64,000 bases of DNA from an uncultured Clostridia bacterium (GCA_934182465.1 CAKPRG010000001.1:273549-337548); one strand, 5' to 3'. Numbered from the stretch's first letter, positions 39,401-49,189 are shown. Program-made: numbers and translations. The notes: a model not told the origin generated them from the letters alone.

Positions 39401-41665
39401 ACAAATTCAATAAAAGAATTTGAGGAATTGAAATTTACAACAACAGTAAAAAATACTGGAAAATCAGAAGCAAATAATATAGTTGTAAAAATGCCAATTC
39501 CAAGTTACACAAAATATATTACATCAAATTCAACAAAAGATAACACTACCGTAAATGTAGAAAATAATGTAGCAATATTTAATGTAAGTAGTTTAGCAGT
39601 AAACGAAAGTGTAGATTTAGAAATAGTAGTACAAGTTCTAGATACTCCAGAAGAACAAACACAGATTAAAGAAACATCAAGTATTACAGTTAAAGACTTA
39701 CAAAAAGAATTATCAACAAACGAAGTTACAATAGATTTAAAACAAGCTGAATTTTCAGTAAAAGTTTCAACTGTTGAAGATAATGCTGATGGAATGAAAA
39801 TTATTTATAGAGAAAATGATGAGTATTATTTTAAAGTACAATTAGAAAACTTAACATCAGAAGCTAAAAACAATGTAATATTAAAAACTCAATTACCTGA
39901 TTCATTTACATTTACAGAAGCTTATACAGTAGGATATGAAGCAGATGGTATAACAGAAAACAAAATAGACAATGCAGTATATGACGAACAAGCAAGAACA
40001 ATAACTTGGAAATTAGATAAAATAAGCGAATATGGTGCAAATCAATTTAATTTAATTGTAAAAGCAAATGAACTACCAGAAGGAACAACTCAAAAAGATG
40101 CTTCAGTAAAATTTGAAGCAACAGCAGATGGAACAGATACATATACATCAAATGAAGTTGTTTGCACAATAGCAAAACCAAGTTTGGTTGTATCACAAAA
40201 AACTTTAACAACAAATACATATGTAAAAGAAGGCGAAACTATCGAATATGTATTTAATGTAAAAAATGAAGGAATTGTTGCAGCTGAAAAATTAGTATTA
40301 AATGATCAAATCCCAGATGGATTAATCGTAAAAAATATTGATTATGTATCAAATGGAGTACATGCAACAAAAACAGTTTCTGAAAAAGATTCTGTAGAAA
40401 TAAATACAGTTATTATGCCAGGACAAGAACTAACAGTTAATGTAAAAGCATTAGCAGTAGACTTAAATGGTATGCAAGAAAAAACAGTAACAAATGCAGC
40501 TACAGTTTCAGCACAAAATGTAGATACAGTAAAAACAAATTCTATTACTCATATAGTTGAAGCAACAGATAAATCTGAACTATATGATACAGCTGGTGAA
40601 ACAGCAAATACAGCAACATCTCAATTACATTCATCAAACAGTAATTTATCAAAAACTTATAAGTTAACAGGTATTGCTTGGTTAGATGAAAACGGAAATG
40701 GTAAAAGAGATGATGATGAACCAAAAATGAGTAATATTACAGCAAGACTTGTAAATTCAGATACAGGTACAATTATAAAAACAGCTACTACAGATAGTAG
40801 AGGTGAATATAGCTTCTCAGGAATATCAAATGGAAACTATTTAGTAATATTTGATTATGATACAGTAAAATACACAGTAACAAGTTATAGACAAGCAGGA
40901 GTTGAAACAAATGTTAACTCAGATGCAATTACAACAAAAATAGAACAAGATGGAAAACAAAGAAATGGAGCTGTAACAGATGTTATTTCAATACAAGATT
41001 TAAGTGTATCTAATATAGATATAGGTTTTGTATTAGCAGATACATTTGATTTAAAATTAGATAAATCAGTAACAAAAATTACAGCACAAAACAAAGTTGG
41101 AACAAGTAAATCAGAATTTGATAAAACAAAACTTGCTAAGAAAGATATAGCAGGAAAATATATAGCAAGTACAACAGTTTACATCGAATACAACATTTCA
41201 GTTTCAAATGTTGGAGATGTAGCAGGATATGCTAAGAAAATAGTAGATTATATTCCAGAAGGAATGACATTTAATTCAAGCTTAAATAAAGACTGGTATA
41301 CAGGTACAGATGGAAATCTATACACATCAAGCTTAGCAGATGTAGAATTAAAACCAGGGGAAACAAAAGAATTAAAATTAGTTCTTACAAAACAAATGAC
41401 AGAAGAAAATACTGGTGTAGTAAATAACAATGCAGAAATTTATGAAGATTTCAATATTTATGGAATTTCAGATACAAATTCAACACCAGCAAATGGAGTT
41501 CAAAGTGAAAATGATATGAGCTCAGCAGATGCAATCTTAACAATTAAAACAGGTGAGAGCCTAATCTATGTATCAGTTATAATAACAAGTGCAATCTTAG
41601 GAGCAATAGTAATATTTATTTCATATAATAAGATTGTAGTTTCAAAAAGAAAGAGAGGTGTTTAA
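36491..41665 (+). CDS. Giant surface protein A2 (1724 aa), paralog of A1: DUF11-like repeats, SdrD-B-like domain, sorting-signal-like tail
   Basis: Collinear similarity to A1 across most of its length, for example YSAPTGVITVNT vs YQAPTGLIAVNT. GIAWLDENGNGKRDDDE. Tail LTIKTGE, hydrophobic segment, KRKRGV. Confidence 0.8.
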   Translation: MHSKMFKRILAGILIFTLTFANPALVTKSFATSIFDKVSNQTGTGNKNIEFNAGFDAENAESFSAISDVNNDNLAINLNVNVKNKGYLKNGKVQILEGTEGAGLNFELKNQTKESVQSEEVSEEANEAEQVTENLPDMVEKIEDNVVTLKQITAGSDISISLPIEYKNEEFVNLSKLVGNSKILFTGVYVDEKGNEIEVAKEVDLTLSWKDERTAKISSEIAKYIPYSTSNGNGIILQTIVDLDNTTTNKTLPVNKTELNISVPTIGDAKPSKITVVANSTIGTNGKNNENVIFTEDNWTYDQETGILNIKMQNDKQLVRIDNSKNDILKNAEQENVEEERYYSLSGKDEYVVTYSFENVTMQDELKTSYNIKGNLETFSGVEAEGNIYSSQTEQNYEYTLTGQKGDIVSLQTNNETESISKAYTYLNYNNKENYEIKYNSKNIINVSYKDIVEELKIEDKDVYYIAKDGNKYLTNDIKYNKISILKENINSILGEDGVIKLVDSNGNEITTINKDTQADENGNIVIDLSEKGLTKITLITSKPVQEGNLIVNTERTSKKSDFSKEQYKNFSAIAFENELKAKYTYVSSETSIATNTIQTNLKDTKTKANIVLDRDSLSTIAMNNDVEIRVELNNNTDESDVYGESVFEVEMPAYIQNMEITNTNIVYGDGLNIKSVEPYEKDGKIFIRITLDGKQEYLNSGVLTNGCNIVINANIKVDLFTPAMEQQVKLTYTNSEATNYENEQSSGLATSNIYYSAPTGVITVNTTSDYNGAGTMVTSVRQGSKEDTIEIYSGAKTANMEVVVMNNNKNTISNLSILGRIPFKGVKDIQTGEDLGTTIDTKMVSGLVADANNRGSFAVYYSANPEATNDLSNQENGWTQNIEDLSTVKSYLIVPTDENYEMEQAETLRFTYQYEIPANLEHNADIFGTFLAYYTNHTEIATVKETSTADKVGLTTGEGPQVDISLKSDTNSIKEFEELKFTTTVKNTGKSEANNIVVKMPIPSYTKYITSNSTKDNTTVNVENNVAIFNVSSLAVNESVDLEIVVQVLDTPEEQTQIKETSSITVKDLQKELSTNEVTIDLKQAEFSVKVSTVEDNADGMKIIYRENDEYYFKVQLENLTSEAKNNVILKTQLPDSFTFTEAYTVGYEADGITENKIDNAVYDEQARTITWKLDKISEYGANQFNLIVKANELPEGTTQKDASVKFEATADGTDTYTSNEVVCTIAKPSLVVSQKTLTTNTYVKEGETIEYVFNVKNEGIVAAEKLVLNDQIPDGLIVKNIDYVSNGVHATKTVSEKDSVEINTVIMPGQELTVNVKALAVDLNGMQEKTVTNAATVSAQNVDTVKTNSITHIVEATDKSELYDTAGETANTATSQLHSSNSNLSKTYKLTGIAWLDENGNGKRDDDEPKMSNITARLVNSDTGTIIKTATTDSRGEYSFSGISNGNYLVIFDYDTVKYTVTSYRQAGVETNVNSDAITTKIEQDGKQRNGAVTDVISIQDLSVSNIDIGFVLADTFDLKLDKSVTKITAQNKVGTSKSEFDKTKLAKKDIAGKYIASTTVYIEYNISVSNVGDVAGYAKKIVDYIPEGMTFNSSLNKDWYTGTDGNLYTSSLADVELKPGETKELKLVLTKQMTEENTGVVNNNAEIYEDFNIYGISDTNSTPANGVQSENDMSSADAILTIKTGESLIYVSVIITSAILGAIVIFISYNKIVVSKRKRGV

Positions 41666-41666
41666 T

Positions 41667-44600
41667 ATGAAAAATAAAAAAAGTAGATTAGTTATATGTT
41701 TTATACTAACATGCATAATTGTATTAAGCACCATAATTGGTTTAGCAACTTATGTAAGTGCTAAAGTTGATACAAGTAAATCACAATCTTATTCACAAGG
41801 AAATGGAAATCCTGCACCAGGATATATTACAGTAAGTGATTTGTGGACAAGATATGACATATTATGTTGTGCACACGGAGTTCATTTACCAAGTGCAAAT
41901 CAAACTGTACTTAATTCAGAAAAAGGTAGTGTTACAGAAGCTTATTTAACACAAAACGATATTGGTAAAAAGAATTTTGAACATACTGTTGATTCAACAA
42001 GTAGTTCAGCAAATTCACCATTTAAGTCAGCATCATATACAAATGAGACTTTTGGATATTACAAAGTAAATAATACTTATGTAGCAAAACCAATGGAAGC
42101 ATATATCTTAGCTGAAATGGCAAAAGAACAAATAGTTAGAGGACATGATAGTAATGTTCAAATTGCTTGGTGGAACACAGAAGCTGGTATGAAAGGTGTA
42201 ACAGCTTCTGCTCCAGAAGCATTAACATTAGAAGCACAAGATTTTGAAGCATATATTAAAAAAATTGCAAAATCTACAGATCCAAGCACATATACAACTC
42301 AACAATATGAATTTGAAGTAGATGGAACAAAATATACTGGTCAAGTACAAGCACCAGAATTAAATTACGAACCAAAATATAACAAAGATGCAAACCAAGA
42401 TGGTAAAGAAGACAGATATGATAATATAACAGTTTCTTGGAATGGAGAAAAATATAAAATAGGTCCATTCTCTGTAAATTATGTTGAAAGCAAAGTAAAA
42501 CATGAAGGTAGAGATGAAGTAATGTTTGCAGGTATTACAGATGCTAAAATCTATACAGATTTAGGTGAAGTACCAGCAGACAAATGGAAATTTGTATGGC
42601 TAGAAGGACAAAGAGACGCAAACGATACACAAGAATATCCTCATACAAATGAAGTATTTTATATAGAAATGGATTTTATAGAAAATGCAAAATATTTCAA
42701 AAACTTACATTTCGATTTTAAATATATGAATGCTGGTGGACAATATGATGAACTAGCAGGAACATATTTTAAAGCAACATGGAAACCAATGTCAAAAGCA
42801 CAATATTGTGCAGGTGGATATACAGATAGTGATGGTGATGATCATCCATGTTCACATGGATTCATGAGCAGACATGTTAAATCTTGGACATATTGGTTAC
42901 AATTAACAAGCTTAACATCTGATGAATCACAATTATTAGCTTATGGTATTGTTGGTGCTAGATGGTACAATCCAGCACAATTAGATTTAGACAACAGTAC
43001 AGACTTACCAAAAGATCATAAAGGAAAAGTAGAAATCAAAAAAGTCGTAGTTGATGAAAATGGAAATGAGCTTACATCACTAGATGATTCAAAATTCACA
43101 TTTAAGCTTTATATAAATGATAAATTATACGATACAATTAGAGTAAAAGCTAACGAATCAGTTACAGAAACAATTAAATGGAAAGATGGAGAAGAAACTC
43201 CAACATATAGAATTGAAGAAGTAAATCTTCCAGATGAATATACAGTAAAAGAAATAGAAAATGCTTCTGGTACAATGGCAGAAGAAGCAACAGTTAAAAT
43301 AAAAGCTATTAACAAAGTTAAACCACATAAAGGATACTTAAAAATAGAGAAAAAAGTAACAGAAGTTGCAGAACAAGATGAAACATATAAATTTAATATT
43401 TATATAGATAGTGTTTTAAAAGATCAAATTGCAATAACAATTCCAGCAGGTCAAACAGGAAATAGTGTTACAGTAGGACCTTATGAATGGAATGGAAGTG
43501 ATGCTCCAGTATATAGAGTAGAAGAAACAGAAATTCCAGAAAATGTAACACAATTCAACATGATAAATGAAAAAGGAAAGTTAGTTGCAGGAGATGAAGC
43601 TACACCAGTTACAGTAACAGCAATAAATGATAATAGTGATAATAAAGATCATGAAGGAACAATAGAAATTACAAAACAAGTTACAGAATTAGCTAAAGAA
43701 GACGAAATATATAAATTTAATGTTTATATAAATGGTGAATTAAAAGACCAAGTACAAATTACTGTTCCAGCAGGTCAAACATCAAATACAGTAACAGTTG
43801 GACCATTCAAATGGAAAGGTGATAAAGCACCAAGCTATGAAGTAAAAGAAGTTGAAATTCCATCAGGTGTTAAACAAGTTAATATTGTTAACTCAACAGG
43901 AACTTTAATAGATGGAAAAAATGGACAAAAAGTTATTGTAACAGCTATAAATAATAATGGTGGAGATAAACCAGAAGAAAATGAAGCAAAATTAGTTATT
44001 ACTAAAAAGGTTGACGGAAATGCATCAACAGATAAACAATTTAAATTTAAAATTACTATTGATGGAACAGTTTATTATGCACAAATAACAAAAGATTCAA
44101 GTTGGTCACAAACAGTAAAATGGAAAGAAGGAGAACAAGCTCCAACTTATAGTGTAGAAGAAATTGATATTCCAGATGGATATGAAAAAGTAAGTATTAC
44201 AAATGCATCTGGAACATTAGAAGCTGATAAAGATGTATATGTAGAAGCTTTAAATAAAGGTGATGATAAAGAATATTCTGGAACAATTCGTGTTACTAAA
44301 AAAGTAGAAAATTCAACAGATACAAATAAGAAATTCAAATTTAAAATTACTATTGGAGATACAACTTATACAAAAGAATTAGCAAATGGTGAAAGTTGGA
44401 CTGAAAATGTAAAATGGATTGGAAAAGATAATGCACCTAAGTATAAAGTAGAAGAAGTTGAAGTACCAGATGGATATAGCATTGTAAGTGTAGAAAATGC
44501 CGAAGGTACAATGGAAGAAAATAAAACAGTTATAGTAAAGGCAATAAATAGAGACAATGATGATAAAGAACATCAAGGTCAAATAACAGTAAAAAAAGAA

Positions 44601-47600
44601 GTACAAATTGATGATAAAGTAAAAGATGAAGCAATAGATGGAACATTCGATTTTGAAGTTACTATAATGGGAACATTCGAAATGAATGGAGAGAGCGTTG
44701 TAAATGGAAGTAGAACAATAAAACAAAGTGTAAAAGCTGGTGGAAGTTTTACAACTCCAACAATAAAATGGAAAGGCAAAAATGCTCCAACATATAAAGT
44801 AACAGAAACAAATTTACCAGATGGTTGGAAATTAGTTGATATTACAAATGCTTCTGGATTAGTAGAAGATAATACAAATATTGAAGCAGTTTGTACAAAC
44901 GAATATAAAATAACAGTAGAATATGAATTAACAATGCAAATGGGTGGTATGGTATGGCATGATGTAGCATTAAACCCAGATGACAAAAATACAGAAAATT
45001 CAAAACCAAATGGAAAATATGATGCAGGTGTAGAAGAAGGAATTGAAAAAGCACAAGTTACAATAAAAAGATACTTATGTGATGACAATGGAAATGTAAT
45101 TTCATGTACAGGAAATGCTAAAGCTTGGGATAAAGATGGAAATGAAATTTCATGGCCAATTTATACAGACATAGATGGTACATGGGATGTAGCAAAAGTT
45201 GAAATAACAGTAGCTAAAAATGGAGAACAAGGAAGAGTAAGATATGGAGTTGAATTTGGATATGATGGACAAACTTATGAACCAACTACATTCTTAGTTA
45301 CAGGTAATGGAGATGCAAATAGCTACAAAAAAGCATCAAGAGTTGATAGAGGAAACTTCTTCTATGATTCAATGGCAATTGATAATGAAAATGATAGAAA
45401 AGAATTTAATGCAAAATTCACAAATATAACAGGTGATGAAGCAATTAACTCAAACGGAGAAACAACTGGATACAGTACAGATGCAAATGGAAATAAAACA
45501 GCAACATTAGATTATGTATCAACAGATTCATTAAATACAATGGGAACAACAAGAAAAGAATCAACATTAGTTACAACAACAGATGACCACTATATTAAAG
45601 ATGACTTCTTAATGAAAGCAGAAACAACAACAGGTGGATTAACATTCCCATTTGATACAGCAATTCACTTAGAGAGTATAGATAAGAAAATTAATGAATT
45701 AGGAGCAACACATATTTACAAATATTCAGCAACATATCCATACTTACTAAGTATAAACTTAGGATTAGTTACAAGAAAAGAAGCTGAACTTGCAACTACA
45801 AAAGATGTATATTCAGCAGCAGTAGTAATTAATCAAAAAATGTTAAATTATCAATATAATCAAGCAATTGATTTTGAAAATGTAAAATATCAAGACTACT
45901 TAAACTTACAAGTTGAAGTAGCAGATGCAGATATAGAATATACATTAGATTTATATAAAACAGATTACTATTACAGAGCTAAAATATATGAAGAAAATGC
46001 AGAAGTAGCTGGAGCATTAAAGAGATTTTATAAATCTTTAGGATATACAGCAGAAAACGCATTAGATTCAGAATTAGATCTAGATGTTTATGTAACATAT
46101 AAAGTAAGTGTATATAATGATTCACAAACATATTTTGCAACAGTAAATGAAATAACAGATTACTTTGATGAAGATTATGAATTAGTTGAAGTTGAAAAGA
46201 GCAGATATTTACAAGAAGCAAATGGTGTTGCAGTAAATCAAGTAACAAAAATTGCTGATAGTCCATACTATAAAGTTTTAAGACAACAAGTAAATGGAGA
46301 TAATGTAGCTTGGGAAACAACTAACGATAATCAAAACCCAGTAAAATGGGAAAATGCAGGAACAGTTAAAGGTTCAGATGGAGTTACTTATAATAAAATA
46401 AAAACAAGTTCTATAAAAGATGAAATATTAGCATCTGGTGAAAGAATTGATTTATACTTAACATTTAGAGTAAAAACAGATGAAACTTCAGCTGATGGAG
46501 TATTAAATTGTGTAAGATTAGGAAGTAAAGCAAATGTGGCTGAAATTTCAAATTACACAACATATAACTCAAATAATAAATCAGATATAGCAGGTAAAGT
46601 TGATAAAGATTCAGCTCCAAACAATGTTAATATCGAAGAATTTAATGAAAAAACATGGTATGAAGATGATACAGATTCAGCACCAGTAATCACATTATCT
46701 TTATATGACACATCAAGAGAAGTAAATGGTATTGCTTGGGAAGATAAAGAAGACACAAAAATAGACAATGGATATGGACAAATAGTAGGTAATGGAGTAT
46801 ATGATCCAGGCGAAGAATTAATAGCAAATTTAACTACAGAATTATGGGAGAAAGTTAGAGTTAAGAAAATTGACGATAGCGGAAATGAAGTTAAAGATGC
46901 AAATGGAAACTTAGTATATACAGAATATGATTTCTTATGGCCAGAAGATTATGAAATCCAAGCTGGTAAAACATTAAAAGAATTAACAGGATTTGATTCA
47001 ACAACTAAGACAGGTGTTGATCAAGGAAATAAAGGACAATATGGATTTACAGGAGTTCCAACAGGTAACTATGTAGTAAGATTTGTATATGGTGATAGTG
47101 ATGAAACTTCAGCACCAGCAAACTATGATAAAGATGGTATTCCAGCAGTTTACAATGGACAAGATTTCAAGACAGTAGCTTATGAAACTGGATTTAATGG
47201 AATAACAGATACAAACTCAGACGGATATGTAGATAATGAATGGCATAACTTAGAAAATGAAGATTTAGCAAATGCTAGAGTTTCAGATGCTAGAGATAGT
47301 GAAGCAAGAAGACTTGAAATTACATCAAAATCTAGAATTTTAACAAACTCAAATACAACAATTTTAAATACAGCAAATGATAGAAATGCAGACCATACAA
47401 AATTATATGAAGAATACTATATGACAGCAGATACAGCAAAAATCAATTTGAATATTGAAAATATGGTAAGCTTAAAGAAACAAAAAGTTAATGTTACAAA
47501 TCCAACAACAGGAGCAGTAGAAGAAATAGCAGCTGGTGAAGAAAAACAAGTTGGTGGAATTACAGTAAACTATGTAAAAGGTAAAGTAAACTTAGCAAAT

Positions 47601-48911
47601 GGTGGCAATACATCATTAGATAGATTAGACTTTACTTACAAAGTAAATAACATAGATGTTGGTCTTGAAGAAAGAGCAAGTACAGAAATTAAATTAGATA
47701 AACAAATTGAAAATATAACATTAACAGACAATACTGGAGCAGTTATTTTAAAAGCAGATTATGATTTAATCTATACTCCAAAATTTGATGAAAAAACAGG
47801 AAAAACATCTATAAAAGTAGATGCAAAATTAAATCCTGAAACATCAATTGGAACAGATAATTTACAAGCATTAAATAGAGATGAAGCAGCAGGATTACAA
47901 AACTTTAGATATATTTACTACGATAACTCAATTGCTCAATCATTAACATTAAATGTAACTTATAGATTTACAGCATTAAACTTAGGTGAAGTTGATAGAA
48001 TTGGATTATTAGGAAATAGTAAATTTGATGAACCACAAACTATATTAGAAGAAGTTAAGAAATTATCTGAATCTGATTATTCATACAATACAAGAGAAAA
48101 GACATTTAGTAAAACTGCAAATGCAGATGGAAAAGTTTATGCAGATTCATTTGGTAAATATTTAGGAAGTATTTACTATGAAGGCTCTTATGCAAAAGCA
48201 GAATTAGATGATATAGTAACAACAAGAATAGATACTTTAATCGATTATGTTGATAATAATGCAATCTTTAAGGCAGAAGAAAATAATGGATTAAATAATA
48301 GTTGGAGAGTAATTACAGTTGATGAGTTAGCAGCAGATGATTCTGATATAATAGACAAAAATATAATTACAACTTATGAAGATGGAACAAAGAATATAGA
48401 AGATTCAAAAGGTGCAACTTATGAAACAGCTGAAAGATATAATATCATCTTAAGTATAGAAAATAACGATAGTTCTGCAACAGAAATGTCAAATAAAGAC
48501 TTCAATGTAAAATTAATTCCATATAGTGCTACAAAAGCATTTGATGTAAATAGTGATTTAGATTACAACTATACAACAGCAATGAAGATGAATATGACTA
48601 GATCAATTGATGCAGAAGTTAATGATGAAGACTTATCATTTGATAATATGGCAGAAATAGTTAAATTAGACAATACAGCAGGTAGAAGAGATGTTACAAC
48701 AATTGCAGGTAATGCAAACCCTAAAGAAGGTGAATTTGCAACATCATTAAAAGAGAGAGACGCAAGTGCAACAGAATTAATTACATTCTCTCCACCAACT
48801 GGTATGAATGCAAAAACAATTTTAGCAATCCAAATTGCATTAGTTACAATTTTAGGATTAGGAATTGTATCAGCTGGTATAATTGTTATTAAGAAAAAAG
48901 TTCTTAAATAA
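41667..48911 (+). CDS. Giant surface protein B2 (2414 aa), paralog of B1: N-terminal Cys...Gln module, about five tandem Cna-B/E-box-like domains, SdrD-B-like domains, SPPTG sorting signal
   Basis: ATG 41667 lies 2 nt after the A2 stop, with RBS AGAGAGGTG. Repeats carry YxVEExxxPxGY. C-terminal FSPPTG, hydrophobic segment, KKKVLK. Confidence 0.8.
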   Translation: MKNKKSRLVICFILTCIIVLSTIIGLATYVSAKVDTSKSQSYSQGNGNPAPGYITVSDLWTRYDILCCAHGVHLPSANQTVLNSEKGSVTEAYLTQNDIGKKNFEHTVDSTSSSANSPFKSASYTNETFGYYKVNNTYVAKPMEAYILAEMAKEQIVRGHDSNVQIAWWNTEAGMKGVTASAPEALTLEAQDFEAYIKKIAKSTDPSTYTTQQYEFEVDGTKYTGQVQAPELNYEPKYNKDANQDGKEDRYDNITVSWNGEKYKIGPFSVNYVESKVKHEGRDEVMFAGITDAKIYTDLGEVPADKWKFVWLEGQRDANDTQEYPHTNEVFYIEMDFIENAKYFKNLHFDFKYMNAGGQYDELAGTYFKATWKPMSKAQYCAGGYTDSDGDDHPCSHGFMSRHVKSWTYWLQLTSLTSDESQLLAYGIVGARWYNPAQLDLDNSTDLPKDHKGKVEIKKVVVDENGNELTSLDDSKFTFKLYINDKLYDTIRVKANESVTETIKWKDGEETPTYRIEEVNLPDEYTVKEIENASGTMAEEATVKIKAINKVKPHKGYLKIEKKVTEVAEQDETYKFNIYIDSVLKDQIAITIPAGQTGNSVTVGPYEWNGSDAPVYRVEETEIPENVTQFNMINEKGKLVAGDEATPVTVTAINDNSDNKDHEGTIEITKQVTELAKEDEIYKFNVYINGELKDQVQITVPAGQTSNTVTVGPFKWKGDKAPSYEVKEVEIPSGVKQVNIVNSTGTLIDGKNGQKVIVTAINNNGGDKPEENEAKLVITKKVDGNASTDKQFKFKITIDGTVYYAQITKDSSWSQTVKWKEGEQAPTYSVEEIDIPDGYEKVSITNASGTLEADKDVYVEALNKGDDKEYSGTIRVTKKVENSTDTNKKFKFKITIGDTTYTKELANGESWTENVKWIGKDNAPKYKVEEVEVPDGYSIVSVENAEGTMEENKTVIVKAINRDNDDKEHQGQITVKKEVQIDDKVKDEAIDGTFDFEVTIMGTFEMNGESVVNGSRTIKQSVKAGGSFTTPTIKWKGKNAPTYKVTETNLPDGWKLVDITNASGLVEDNTNIEAVCTNEYKITVEYELTMQMGGMVWHDVALNPDDKNTENSKPNGKYDAGVEEGIEKAQVTIKRYLCDDNGNVISCTGNAKAWDKDGNEISWPIYTDIDGTWDVAKVEITVAKNGEQGRVRYGVEFGYDGQTYEPTTFLVTGNGDANSYKKASRVDRGNFFYDSMAIDNENDRKEFNAKFTNITGDEAINSNGETTGYSTDANGNKTATLDYVSTDSLNTMGTTRKESTLVTTTDDHYIKDDFLMKAETTTGGLTFPFDTAIHLESIDKKINELGATHIYKYSATYPYLLSINLGLVTRKEAELATTKDVYSAAVVINQKMLNYQYNQAIDFENVKYQDYLNLQVEVADADIEYTLDLYKTDYYYRAKIYEENAEVAGALKRFYKSLGYTAENALDSELDLDVYVTYKVSVYNDSQTYFATVNEITDYFDEDYELVEVEKSRYLQEANGVAVNQVTKIADSPYYKVLRQQVNGDNVAWETTNDNQNPVKWENAGTVKGSDGVTYNKIKTSSIKDEILASGERIDLYLTFRVKTDETSADGVLNCVRLGSKANVAEISNYTTYNSNNKSDIAGKVDKDSAPNNVNIEEFNEKTWYEDDTDSAPVITLSLYDTSREVNGIAWEDKEDTKIDNGYGQIVGNGVYDPGEELIANLTTELWEKVRVKKIDDSGNEVKDANGNLVYTEYDFLWPEDYEIQAGKTLKELTGFDSTTKTGVDQGNKGQYGFTGVPTGNYVVRFVYGDSDETSAPANYDKDGIPAVYNGQDFKTVAYETGFNGITDTNSDGYVDNEWHNLENEDLANARVSDARDSEARRLEITSKSRILTNSNTTILNTANDRNADHTKLYEEYYMTADTAKINLNIENMVSLKKQKVNVTNPTTGAVEEIAAGEEKQVGGITVNYVKGKVNLANGGNTSLDRLDFTYKVNNIDVGLEERASTEIKLDKQIENITLTDNTGAVILKADYDLIYTPKFDEKTGKTSIKVDAKLNPETSIGTDNLQALNRDEAAGLQNFRYIYYDNSIAQSLTLNVTYRFTALNLGEVDRIGLLGNSKFDEPQTILEEVKKLSESDYSYNTREKTFSKTANADGKVYADSFGKYLGSIYYEGSYAKAELDDIVTTRIDTLIDYVDNNAIFKAEENNGLNNSWRVITVDELAADDSDIIDKNIITTYEDGTKNIEDSKGATYETAERYNIILSIENNDSSATEMSNKDFNVKLIPYSATKAFDVNSDLDYNYTTAMKMNMTRSIDAEVNDEDLSFDNMAEIVKLDNTAGRRDVTTIAGNANPKEGEFATSLKERDASATELITFSPPTGMNAKTILAIQIALVTILGLGIVSAGIIVIKKKVLK

Positions 48912-48926
48912 ACAATAAAATAATAA

Positions 48927-48958
48927 AAAAATGGAAGTGTAAAAGCTTCCATTTTTTT
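48927..48958 (+). terminator. Rho-independent terminator after B2
   Basis: atggaag...cttccat stem followed by T7. Confidence 0.7.
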
Positions 48959-49189
48959 GTTCTTGTGAATAAAATGAAAAAAATTTGTTAAATATTGTGT
49001 AGGTGTTTCAGCAATTTTTTATTGCGAATTTTGTATAATCTCTTGTCTTTTTAGATAAAGTATAATAAAATAAATTAAAATTATCACAAAATGTAGAAAA
49101 CTTTTTTTATTTATTTATTAAATATGACAAAAAATCAAAAAAATTAGATGTTTAATATAATTAAATAAAAAAGTAAGAGGTGGTTAAGG

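Noticed and set aside
48961-49189. Spo0A-box or promoter upstream of spoIIE (TTGCGAA near TGTATAAT)
   Set aside because: A -10-like TGTATAAT is present but there is no well-spaced -35, and only a one-mismatch 0A-box-like heptamer. This is too weak to call from sequence alone.
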